Shown here: positions 1 through 11,616 of the stretch, in pieces
Layout of the letters: each line of letters begins with the position of its first letter
Position numbering within the stretch: position 1 is the stretch's first letter
Assembly: GCF_006345805.1 (NCBI RefSeq)
Contig: NW_021835440.1
Span: 1-40,053, forward strand
Length of the DNA: 40,053 nucleotides
From: Octopus sinensis
Taxonomy: Eukaryota
Reading direction: 5' to 3'
Program-made: the position numbers and the translations under genes
Notes under the pieces: model-generated
The model's database searches: none
The model's input: only the letters and a program-made list of their open reading frames with translations
What the model was told of the DNA's origin: nothing

Positions 1-291
1 CTATCACTATCTACATCCCGTTCTACCTTTATGCCAACAGTTAACTGTCCGTCTTTTTCCATGTTTTATTGCTCTACTCCCACATTTTCCGTTTCTGTTT
101 TTCTATTCATTACGTGTGGAAATTGTAATGATTTTTGGTTGATAACTAAAGAGGGACGAGTCTGTCCACGGATTCTGTGTATTCTTCCCCTCTTTTCCAC
201 ATGTTCGTTCGTCGTTCTCATGTGCTATATTTTAGTGCTATACATGCGTGTATGCACACACTCACACACACATACTCACACGCGCACCCTT

Positions 292-322
<31 letters not shown>

Positions 323-324
<2 letters not shown>

Positions 325-634
325 CACCGCGATCACCGTGGCCGACCAGGCTATCAGATATTGCTACTCATCGCTGGTCACAATGTGCTTCGCATTGTTT
401 TAGCCTTCAAATGACGCCACCCCGCTGGTTAAGAGAGCAAGCCAACAGAAGAAAGAGTGAGAGAAAAATGTGGCCAAAGAGTACAGCAGGGATCGCCACC
501 ACCCCCTGCCGGAGCCTCGTGGAGGCTTAGGTGTCTTCGTTCAATAAGCATTCACAACGCCCGGTCTGGGAATCGAAACAACGATCCTACGATCGCGAGT
601 CCGCTGCCCTAACCACTGGGCAATTGCGCCTCCA
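323..634 (-). mobile_element. tRNA-derived SINE, family D (single copy here)
   Basis: Minus strand starts tggaggcgcaattgcccagtggttagggcagcggactcgcgatcgtaggatcgttgtttcgattccc, a tRNA-like head with Pol III A and B boxes. A non-tRNA body follows and ends next to (TA)n. Confidence 0.8.
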
Positions 635-691
635 CGCACACACACACAACACAGACTATATATATATATATACTATCTATATATATATATC

Positions 692-723
<32 letters not shown>

Positions 724-1348
724 TATATATTATATCTAATATATATATACTTGTTGATATATATGTATATGTATATACGTATCTAACTACGTGGGTGAGT
801 CAAATGGTATTGGAAATTAAAAAATGGCATTACTTCAGAGCCATATGTTGGATGTTTGTAAAACTGCACATGCAAACTAATGGTGTATGCATCGAAAACA
901 TAACTGATGCATCAGGCATTAGAAAAGTAATTAGAGTTAATTATTTCGTAAATAACAAGTTATTATAATTAATAAATGATTTTGTTTTAATTTTTCCAAA
1001 AAACACATGAAACGATTCCTGATGTAGTTTGGGTTTATTATATCCTCATCAGCGAAGCAAATATTCCATTATATCTCAGGAAATAGTGATTAATTAATCA
1101 TAAATTAAATGTATAAGATTACCGATTGATTGTTGTAGAAGCATAGGGTAGTTTACGATTGCTTAGAGAGTAACTAATGCTAATTCATAGGCGCCAATGA
1201 CATGAATGGAGCGGCGTCGAGTTAATAAGAATATATATTACACATGCATGTCACACGCACACACATACACTCACGCACAAACACATACACACTCAGATGC
1301 ACATAAGTATGCATAGGAATATATATATGTATTTGTGTATGTGTGCTT

Positions 1349-1391
<43 letters not shown>

Positions 1392-1452
1392 GTGTGTGTG
1401 TGTGTGTGTGTGTGAGTGTGTGTGTAAACACACATACACATATATATATATA

Positions 1453-2085
1453 CAGGTTGCGATGGGTAAATTGTTGCCATTTAATATTATTAATTTTCGC
1501 GCATGTGCTTTGTTTATTTTTGATTTTGTCGACTACACAGTATAGTAGGGTCAGTTGGGCACTGTTTGCAAGAAAAACAGCACCATGACGCAATTCACTC
1601 AATTTGGAAACGACATGCTGTACTGCTTGGCGTTCGCACCGGAAGCTTCAATACGAACATCGATGTGAATCTGAGTACAGGGCAATCCTAGGACATGTAC
1701 CGAAAGGGATAAAAATCAAACAACCAGTCAACATCATGATGTTTGGAGGGATCAGTAATGATGTCTACGTTATGCCTCTACTCATCTTCCCACACGGCCA
1801 CAGACTCAATACAGAGGTCTACATCATATGTGCCAGGAAGAGGTAGTGCTGCCCTGGGTCAAGGGGTTGGCTGCTGAAAGACCGTATGTCTGGTAAGCAG
1901 GTCTCTATTCACTGCTACACAAGCAGGAAAACCCAGTCATGGCTGACGGACAATTTCTGCTTCCACATTGCCCCTAACATCTGGGCACCGAACTCCCCAG
2001 ACTGCTGCTCCTTGATTATTATGTGTGGGGTATAGTTGAGCGAGGGACCAACAAAACTCCTTATAACACCAAGGATGAACTGAAA
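1453..2085 (+). mobile_element. Decayed Tc1/mariner-superfamily transposon (maT/DD37D-like), left end plus transposase remnant
   Basis: TA then caggttgcgatgggtaaattgttgcc (TIR-like). Frameshifted peptides KQPVNIMMFG..VMPLLIFPHGHRLNTEVYI and TQSWLTDNFCFHIAPNIWAPNSPDC(1982-2005)..DYYVWGIVER..TKDELK. Spacing between the 2nd and 3rd catalytic positions fits 37 aa. Right end replaced by SINEs. Confidence 0.85.
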
Positions 2086-2149
2086 GGATGAAAGGCAAAG
2101 ACGACCTCGGAGGAAATTGACCTCAGAACGTAGCGGCAGACGAAATACC

Positions 2150-2385
2150 TATTTGTTTACTACCCACAAGGGGTTAAACACAGAGGGGACAAACAAGGAC
2201 AGACAAACGGATTAGGTCGGTTATATCGACTCCAGTGCGTAACTGGTACTTATTTAATCGACCCCGAAAGGATGAAAGGCAAAGTTAACCTCGGCGCAAT
2301 TTGAACTCAGAACATAACGGCAGACGAAATACCTCCAAGAACTTCGCCCGGCGCGCTAGCGTTTCTGCCAGCTCACCGCCTTATT
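2150..2385 (-). mobile_element. tRNA-derived SINE, family B (preceded by partial copy 2086-2149)
   Basis: Reverse complement of the family B pattern aggcggcgagctggcagaaacgttag...gttcaaattccgccgaggtcgactttgcctttcatcctttcggggtcgat seen at 24871-25102. Confidence 0.9.
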
Positions 2386-2410
2386 GAGCTTTTACAATAT
2401 TCAAAAGCTT

Positions 2411-2630
2411 AATAAGGTGGTGAGCTGGCAGAAACGTTAGCACCCTTTGCGGTATTTCGTCTGCCGCTACGTTCTGAGTTCAAATTCCGCCGAGGTCGAC
2501 TTTGCCTTTCATCCTTTCAGGAGTCGATAAATTAAGTGCAAGTTGCATACTGCGGTCGAGCTAATCAACTGGCCCCCTCCCCCAAATTCCGGGCCTTGTG
2601 CCTAGAGTAGAGAAGAATATTGTAGGAGCT
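2411..2630 (+). mobile_element. SINE family B, alternative 3' tail
   Basis: aataaggtggtgagctggcagaaacgttag...gttcaaattccgccgaggtcgactttgcctttcatcc; tail ggccccctcccccaaattccgggccttgtgcctagagtag. Confidence 0.9.
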
Positions 2631-2674
2631 AAATTTATTGTTTGCATATATATATATATATATATAATATATTG

Positions 2675-3041
2675 AGGTGCAGGCGTGGCTGTGTGGTAGA
2701 ATTTTGCTTCTCAGCCACTTGCTTCCTGGTTCAGTCCCACTGCGTGGCACCTTGGATTAGTGCCTTCTTCTATAGCCTCGGGCCAACCAAAGACTTGTCA
2801 GTGGATTTGGCAGACGGAAATTGAAATATATATCTATATGTATGCGTCTGTGTTAGTCCCCCATCACCACTTGACAACTGGTGTTGGTGCGTTTACGTCC
2901 CCTTAAGTTAGTGGTTCTGCAGAAGGAACCGATAAAATAAGTACAAGGATTTGAAAATAAGATTTGGAGTCGATTCATTTGATTAAAAATCCAAGGCGGT
3001 GCCCCGGCATGGCGCAGTCTACTGACTGTATAAGGTAAAAG
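2675..3041 (+). mobile_element. tRNA-derived SINE, family A (bipartite, internal microsatellite)
   Basis: Head ggtgcaggcgtggctgtgtggt..ggttcagtcccactgcgtggcaccttgg, internal TA/TG run, and 3' half ending ggcggtgccccggcatgg..taaaag. Confidence 0.85.
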
Positions 3042-3056
3042 TTAATATACATATAT

Positions 3057-3453
3057 AGGCTCAAGAGTGGCTGTGTAGTAAGTAGCTTGTTTACCAACTA
3101 CATGGTTCCGAGTTCATTCCCAATGTGTGGCACCTTGGGCAAGTGTTTTCTACTATAGCCTCCGGCCGATCAAAGCCTTGTGAGGGGATTTAGTAGACGG
3201 AAACTGAAAGAAGCCCGTCGTATATATGTATACATATATATGTTTGTGCGTCTGTGTTTGTCCCACCAAAATCGCTTGACAACCGATGCTGGTGTGTTTA
3301 TGTCCCCGTCACATAGCGGTTCGGCAAAAGAGACCGATAGAATAAGCACTGGGCTTACATAAGAATAAGTCCCGGGGTCGAGTTGCTCGATTTAAAGGCG
3401 GTGCTCCAGCATGGCCGCAGTCAAATGACTGAAACAAGTAAAAGAGTAAAAGA

Positions 3454-3454
<1 letters not shown>
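3057..3454 (+). mobile_element. SINE family A, full length
   Basis: Same head, body (gacggaaactgaaagaagcccgtcg), internal TA run and 3' end (ggcggtgctccagcatggccgcagtcaaatgactgaaacaagtaaaagag) as the other copies. Confidence 0.9.
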
Positions 3455-3494
<40 letters not shown>

Positions 3495-4148
3495 TTAGGG
3501 AATGAATCCAAAATTACAGGGAAAAATCAGATTTAGCGTTAAATCCAATTTTATAGTAAAATATTATATAATGTAATTCGAGACAAAACCACTATTTTAA
3601 AACCAAACAAGAAAAGACTTAATCAATACATAAAATTTTAATATAAATTAAATAAATATATATATATGTGTGTGTGTGTGTATAGCTGAATAAATTATAT
3701 ACTATCGGATGATAGAAAGGATTAGCTTTCTCTCCACTGGTGATCACTCAACAAAATGTGAGACATGACTGTCAATTGTTTCACCCACTCACTTTTAAAG
3801 CATATCCAAAGTATATCACGAATCCATTTATCATCTTACTATACTTTCAATATGCGTTAACACTGAGTGGGTGAAACAACTTTCCCCTTCATTGCTATGA
3901 CCTCATACTTTGCACACACAGCAATATCCACAACCCGCCACCCACTCATCTATGTGCATATTCCGGGTGTGCACTGCACACCCATCGTAAATTACAAGTT
4001 CATTATAAATATTAACCTTACCCAATAATTTAATCAGAAATGTTAATCGAAATCTCTTTTTATACATTTGCATGAATTCTGGTGACATTGGGTGTGGCAG
4101 CCTACCCAATACAACAACCGCCATACGTCACTGATATATATATATATG

Positions 4149-4498
4149 TGCTAACCAGCCACATGGTTCCGGGTTCAATCCCACTGCGTGGCACCTTGGG
4201 CAGGTGTCTTCTGCTATAGTCCCGGGCCGACCAATGCCTTGTGAGTGGATTTGGTAGACGGAAACTGAAAGAAGCCTGTCGTATATATGTATATATATAT
4301 ATGTGTGTGTGTCTGTGTTTGACCCCTAGCATTGCTTGACAACCGATGCTGGTGTGTTTACGTCCCCGTCACTTAACGGTTCGGAAAAAGAGACGATAGA
4401 ATAAGTACTGGCTTACAAGAAATAAGTCCCGGGGTCGTTGCTCGACTAAAGGCGGTGCTCCAGCATGGCCCAGTCAAATGACGAAACAAGTAAAAGAG
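4149..4498 (+). mobile_element. SINE family A, 5'-truncated
   Basis: Matches 3057-3454 from ccacatggttccgggttc onward. Confidence 0.9.
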
Positions 4499-4533
<35 letters not shown>

Positions 4534-5040
4534 TATAGTAGAAATATGTTACAAAAAAATATAAAATACACGTGGAAATGTAGGGGAAAAAATAAAAAAT
4601 CAACGAAAATGCACATTGTAAATAAAAAAGAAAAGGCTTTTTATGAAAGGTAACGACAGATATATACATTTAGATGGACTGAAGTAGTAATAAAAGTAAT
4701 AAAAGTCATTATTATACGATGATTATAAAGTCAGAAAACAAACCATACCATGGTTTCGTCATAAGCTATTCATTGCTTAAATATATAAATATATATATAT
4801 ATATATATATGATATCAAAAAGGTAAGATCCAAGGATCAAGTTGTAGGAAGTTAGTAAGTTTCGAACAGTTCGTAGAAAGTATAAAAAACAACTTTCCGG
4901 AAGAGTAATAGTTCATTGACGTAGAAGGCTGTAAATTTTCCCCACATCGAAATTCGATAAGCTGGAAATAGTTATTTTATAGCTTGCAGTTAGCAGCTGA
5001 TGTTACTGCGTATGCGAATAAATACACGTCTGTATGTATG

Positions 5041-5073
<33 letters not shown>

Positions 5074-5194
5074 GTATATGTATGTATGTATGTATGTATG
5101 TATGGGTGGGTGGATGGATATATGGATGGATGGATGTGCAAGTGTAAATTTACAGACCTCGATAGCATCACCTTTATTTCTGCATCTCTTTTAG

Positions 5195-5230
5195 GAAATA
5201 TATGGAACCGAGCGCAAATAACCTTATGCG
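5195..5230 (+). CDS. Candidate 36-nt coding exon, product unknown
   Basis: Acceptor tttatttctgcatctcttttAG and donor CG|GTAAGT. Open in phase 1 (GNIWNRAQITLC) and phase 2 (KYMEPSANNLM). Confidence 0.35.
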
Positions 5231-6004
5231 GTAAGTGTAACATAGAAATTAAATTTCTCGTAGAAATAACACAACTAATTGTATTTGATTAACTAAAAAA
5301 AAAGAAAGTAATATATATATATATATGACGTTTTTTATATATATTTATATATATACGTAACAAGTTTTCAGTATGTACGTATGTGTATGTGCGCACGTGC
5401 TTTTTGCAACATAAATAAGTTTAATATTGTATATGTTATACAAGTGTGAGGCACGAACGGTGTAGATGGAAGCGAAATGAGAAAGTTGCTACGTGTCATA
5501 GAGAATGTGAGAAACGGTGCAGTTTACAGTTTAATACATTAGGAAGTAATGAAGGAAAAGCAACGAAGCTGTAAATTATACAACTAAGGCAAATGTACGT
5601 GAACGCATTCGGTGAAAAACACAGGCACAAACACACCTAAACATAGAGAAATAAGTACACATAAACACACAATTATATATGACAGCGATAAAGTGCATAT
5701 ACAAGAGCGTATTCATGTGTGCTTATGTGTGTGGAAGTGAGCAAGTGCATCCTTGTGTGTGGTTGTGTGTGTGTGTGTGTGGGTGTGTGTGTATGTATCT
5801 GTGTATGTACGTGTATATATGTATGTATATATGATATGACAAAGGTTGTATTTAGGGTTCGTATTTATTCCAGCTTTGCCCTTACAAATTCGTTTATTAC
5901 TGCAATAGCACAGAAATAAAATACGCACGTGTACATATGTATTATATATATATATATATACATATATATACATATACAAACATATATATCCATACAGACA
6001 TAAG

Positions 6005-6052
<48 letters not shown>

Positions 6053-6185
6053 ATATATATAATATATATATAATATAATATAATATATATTTACACTCAG
6101 GTGTATACATGAGTGTCTGTGCACACGCGTGTATATATATATATATATTGCACATAATATAAGTAATATTATAATATATATATAT

Positions 6186-6480
6186 ATCAGCACATATATA
6201 TAAGTATATATATACTCATATATATATATATATATATATATCTAGCAGCACATTATATAAGTATATATACGCATATATATATCAGCACATATATATAAGT
6301 ATATTATACTCATATAATATATATATATATTATATATATCGTACATATATATAAGTATATATATACCGATAATATATATATAATATCAGCACATATATAT
6401 ATTATATATATACTCATAATATATATTATTATATATATATATAATTATATATATATATATCAGCACGTATATATAAGCAC
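6186..6480. repeat. Degenerate TA-rich minisatellite
   Basis: Repeated cagcacatatatataagtatatatatactcata units. Confidence 0.7.
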
Positions 6481-7270
6481 ACATATATATATATATATTC
6501 TTTTCTATACATATATACACATATATAAATACACCCCTAGACACCACACACAAATTGCACGACGGTGTTAAAGTATATTATCGAAAATAAATATAAAATA
6601 AAGATCACTGTTTGTGGTTCATGAAAAAAAAAAAAAAAAAAAACAGGAAAGTAAGTAAAAAATTTCAAGTAAAAAAAAGAAAAAAAAGCGCGAAAAACTG
6701 CCTTGGGGTAAATGAGAGAAAATAAAGACACAATGGTAGAGCGAAAAGGAGCGAAAACTAATGAATGGGAGTCAGAAGTTCGCTAGCTGAAGGGAAACAA
6801 AGCGTGATATCATTATCAACGTTGGGGACTTGGTAGGTGCAGTGGGAGGTGAGGTATAGAACAGCAAAGAAAGAGAATTTCCAACGGTGCCTTATCAGAT
6901 TATATTAAACGGTGTCGAACAATAAGAATTGGTATGTACAGAAGCAATATGAGGAATTGGCGAATATTGTTCCAAGAAAGAGTGAGACGCTGTGCACGTG
7001 AACAACAATTGCTTGGAACAACATTGGAAGCTGAGAGTGAAATTAGATTAGAGATGGAGAGCATCGGTTAAATGTATCTTGGCTTAGTTAAATATGAACC
7101 CCAGCCACAATCTGTGGAATGCTTCGGGAGAAAACCGATTAAAATTGATAAAGAGAAAGAGTTAAAGCTTGCTTCTGTTCTATGTATGTGTGTGCGTCAG
7201 TGTTTGTGTATGTGCGTGTATGTGTGTGTGTGTGTATGTGTGTGTATGTGTGTGTGTATGTGTGTGTGTA

Positions 7271-7302
<32 letters not shown>

Positions 7303-7597
7303 TGTGTGTGTGTGTGTGTATGTGTGTGTATGTGTGTGTGTATGTGTGTTTGTATGTGTGTACGTTAGTGTTTGTGTATGTGTGTGTATGTGTGTATATG
7401 TGTGTGCGTCAGTGTTTGTGTATGTGTGTGTAGGTGCGCGTTGATTTGTGTGTGTGGTTGCGTATATTTATGTTGCTCTCTCTGTCTTCTGCCTGTCTTT
7501 CTCTCTCTTTCACTATCTCTGCACTCATTCACTCTCTCTCCCTCACACACAAACACACACATTCAAACACAGAGAGTGAATGTGAAAGAGGTATAGG

Positions 7598-7655
<58 letters not shown>

Positions 7656-7814
7656 CCGGAGTGATAAAGAGGGGGATATATATGTACTGACACTCACCAA
7701 CACACACAGACACATTCGTTCACGTACGCATACATACACGCACGCATACACACACACACACACACCACACACACACACACATGCACACCCACAAAATCAC
7801 ACTCACATGTGTAT

Positions 7815-8502
7815 AGGCGCAGGCGTGGCTGTGCGTCAAGGACCTTGCTTTCCAATCAAATGATTCCGGGTTCAGTCCCACTGCGTGGCACTTTGGGCAA
7901 GTGTCTTCTACTATAGCCTCGGGCCGACCAAAGCCTTGTGAGTGGATTTGGTAGATGGAAACTGAAAGAAGCCCAACCTCTTACCCTCTCTCCATATATA
8001 TATATATATATTGTTGTATTTCGGAATGGTCATTTTCCAGTTTAGCCAATAAAAACACACGCACTATATATTTGGTGTTACATAATATATAAATATAAGA
8101 GGGAACCACTATGTGGAAACCCTTATACTTATGTATGAAATACTATTTACTGAATCTCAGTTTTTTTTTATATGCTAGACCACTGGAGTTAAAATTGATG
8201 TTATCAAATTAATATCCAATTTCCCCCCTCATTTTGATTATGTATATATATATATATATATATAAAATATATATATATATATATGTGCGTTTTTGTGTCT
8301 CTGATTGTCCCCTCAGCATCATTTGACAACCGATGTTGGTGTGTTCAAGTCCCCGTAAAAGAAGAGACTGATAGAATAAGTATTAGGATTACAAAGAACA
8401 AGTCCTGAGATCGATTCCTGCGACTAAAACCCTTAAAAGCGGTGCTCCAGCATGGCCGCAGTCAAACAATTAAAACAAGTAAAAGAATATAAGAATAAAA
8501 GA
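7815..8502 (+). mobile_element. SINE family A with a foreign ~240-bp fragment inserted in its internal microsatellite
   Basis: Head and body 7815-7976, 3' half 8283-8502, unrelated (TA)n-flanked insert about 8012-8240. Confidence 0.85.
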
Positions 8503-8534
8503 ATATATACATGTATAGAAATGCTTGTAGATTG

Positions 8535-8789
8535 AAATAACGTGCAAGTGGCTGAGTACTCCACAGGTATGCGTATTCCTAACGTAGTTCTCATTCTCAG
8601 GGTTATTCAACGCGACACAGAATGTAACAATGTTTGTCCCAGCGAATTACAGGTAGAACTCATTTTTGCCAGGTGAGTAGACCGGAATATCTTGAAAGAA
8701 AGATCAAGGACACCACGCGCTACGGGGAATCGAACTCGCAATCGTAAATCGCGAGTCGAATACCCTAACCGCTAAGCCACGCACTTTCA
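8535..8789 (-). mobile_element. tRNA-derived SINE, family C (plus tail fragment 8810-8905)
   Basis: Reverse complement gtgcgtggcttagcggttagggtattcgactcgcgatttacgattgcgagttcgattccc...; body matches 21885-22212. Confidence 0.85.
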
Positions 8790-8939
8790 TATATACCTGG
8801 ATGTGCAACACTACTGCACTCCAAGAGATCCAGTCAACAGAACAGCCTGTTCATGCAATTAACATGCAAGTGGCTGACTACTCCACAGACACGTGTACCC
8901 TTAACACACAAACACACACACACACACACATATATATAT

Positions 8940-9106
8940 ACGACGAGCTTCTTTCAGTTTCCGTGTACAAAATCCACTCACGCAAGACTTTGGTCGGCCC
9001 GAGGCTTTAGTAGAAGACACATGGCCAAGGTATCAATCAGTGGGACTGAACCCGGAACCATTAGATTGGTAAGGAAGCTACTTACCACACAGCCACTCCT
9101 ACGCCT
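8940..9106 (-). mobile_element. SINE family A, 5' half
   Basis: Reverse complement of aggcgtaggagtggctgtgtggtaagtagc...gaaagaagctcgtcg. Confidence 0.85.
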
Positions 9107-9902
9107 ATATATTGATTACACTTCTACAACGTGTAATTATTCCAACAAATTTTTACATAATTCCTAACAATATTTCATTATAAGAATGTAGTAGGTTTTT
9201 TTTTAAAACACTGAATTGCTAGGAGGGTCTATCCGAGTAAAAGAGGAATCAAAGCGATCCAAAGGTAAAAATTCGATGAGAATCATAGACTTAAATCTTA
9301 CACTTTATATCTTCTGTAAGTTTTAAGGCAATTAATCCTAATAAAGTGTATTGACGTGAATTAAAACAAAATAAAGCCAAAATAAAGTCAGTTGGAATTT
9401 ATCACCTAGATCAAAGCATTTGCTGTAGAACAACGATCAGCTATTTAATGGCTTTTATGGCGACATTAACATTTAGATTGGGGGCTAGTATAATAAATTC
9501 TGCATTATGAGCTCGCCTGCCCAACTCCCTTACAATCCTATCAAGACCACGCATTCTGCGACGTACATAAATGCACATACTTATTATATGAGATGGCTTC
9601 CAGATGTACACACACACACATAAATACGATTCAAAAGTAATTGCACGATATACGTGTAGATGTGCGTACAGCGATATACATTTAAACAAACGCATGAATG
9701 TACATGGACAGGTACATATGCACACGTATATTAATACACACATACACGCACACTCTTACAATATATATATATATATATTGTCAATAGAAGAAATATCTAA
9801 GATTTGGGCTTCTATTTCTAAAAAGGTCGATGTGTGGTAAAGTAAATTATTTTACTGAACCCTATTTTTATAATATATATATATATATATAATATATATA
9901 TA

Positions 9903-10023
9903 TACCGTAAATCCTCGAGTATAATCCGCAATTTCCCCCCAAATTTTAAGGTCAAAATCCCTAGTACGTACTATATACGAGGTTAAACATGAAAAATATT
10001 TTCTAAGCAACGTCCGAGTCCCG

Positions 10024-10025
<2 letters not shown>
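9903..10025 (+). mobile_element. Left end of a pogo/Tigger-like DNA transposon
   Basis: TA followed by ccgtaaatcctcgagtataatccgca, resembling pogo-type TIRs; truncated by (TA)n. Confidence 0.5.
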
Positions 10026-10069
<44 letters not shown>

Positions 10070-10084
10070 TATATATATACAGTG

Positions 10085-10230
10085 AATCCAATCAAATAAT
10101 AACGAACAAGAAAAAGCAATAGGAAAGGAAGGAAAGAGGATTTAACGTTTAGAGCCAAGCTCTTCTTCAGAAATACAGGAAAGTTCAAAGGAAGGAAAGA
10201 CGGGGGAGAAAAATCGCCAACGATACACCC
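10085..10230 (-). mobile_element. Penelope-like element terminal fragment with hammerhead-like motif (10140-10174)
   Basis: Minus strand atttCTGAAGAagagcttggctcTAAACGTTaaat; homologous to 32326-32360 and 38035-38066; adjoins (TA)n. Confidence 0.6.
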
Positions 10231-10366
10231 CGCGATATATTTTGTAACTTGTTTCAGTCATTTGACTGTGGTGTGTGTGGAGGGGAAAGAACCGCACACA
10301 CACACACACACAAATATATATATATATATATACTATTAAATTATATATATATATATATCTATATAT

Positions 10367-10778
10367 AGGGCGGCCGAAGTGGCTGCGTGGTAAGTAGCTT
10401 GCTTACCAACCACATGGTTCGGGTTCTGTCCCACAGTGTGGCATCTTGGGCAAGTGTCTTCTACTATAGCCTTGCGCCGACCAAAGTCTTGTGAGTGGAT
10501 TTGGTAGATGGAAACTGAAAGAAGCTCGTCGTATGCATATATATACATATATATGTATATATATATATATAATATATATATATATATATGTGTCCGTGTG
10601 TGTTTCCGTGTGTCTGTTTGTGTGTCTGTCTCTTTACCTCCACCATCGCCTGACAACCGATGCTGGTGTATTTACGTCCCCGTATCTTAGCGGTTCGACA
10701 AAAGTGACTACCGACTTGTTCGACTAAAGGCGGTGATCCAGCATGGCCGCAGTGAAATAACTGACGCAAATGAAAAAA
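10367..10778 (+). mobile_element. SINE family A, full length (followed by minus-strand head 10788-10910)
   Basis: Head, internal TA/TG tract and 3' half all match family A. Confidence 0.9.
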
Positions 10779-11017
10779 TTAAAATATACGACGTGCTTCT
10801 TTCAGTTCTCGAATACCAAATTCACTCACAAGTTGCCACGGACTGGGACTGAGCCCGGAACCCTGTGGTGGGGTAGCAAGCTTCTCCTCACATTCAGTCA
10901 CGTCTGCACCTATATATGTGTGTAGGTATATGTATGCATAAATACATATGAGATACATACACACGCACTTTCATATTAGATATCCATGTATTCTTTATAA
11001 ACATGTATATATATATA

Positions 11018-11208
11018 GATGTGTGTGTACGTTTACATATATATATATAGATGTGTGTGTACGTTTACATATATATATATATATGTTATATATATATATA
11101 TATATATATAGATGTGTGTGTACGTTTACATATATATATATATGTATATAATATATAGATGTGTGTGTACGTTTACATATATATATATAGATGTGTGTGT
11201 ACGTTTAC

Positions 11209-11241
<33 letters not shown>

Positions 11242-11264
11242 TATAGATGTGTGTGTACGTTTAC

Positions 11265-11297
<33 letters not shown>

Positions 11298-11456
11298 GAT
11301 GTGTGTGTACGTTTACATATATATATATATATGTATATATATAGATGTGTGTGTACGTTTACATATATATATATATAGTATATATATAGATGTGTGTGTA
11401 CGTTTACATATATATATATATATGTATATATATAGATGTGTGTGTACGTTTACATA
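11018..11456. repeat. Minisatellite: 10 copies of invariant agatgtgtgtgtacgtttacat separated by variable (TA)n
   Basis: Counted directly. Confidence 0.9.
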
Positions 11457-11480
11457 TATATATATATGTAATATGTGTAA

Positions 11481-11515
<35 letters not shown>

Positions 11516-11585
11516 GTGTATATATATGTATATATATATATATATGTATGTATATATATGTATATATGTATATATAATATGTATA

Positions 11586-11616
<31 letters not shown>

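Noticed and set aside
788-1220. Possible mariner left TIR (tacgtgggtgagtcaaa)
   Set aside because: No matching right TIR or transposase motif found.
11018-11456. CRISPR-like repeat-spacer look
   Set aside because: Spacers are only (TA)n, there are no cas genes, and the context is eukaryotic.
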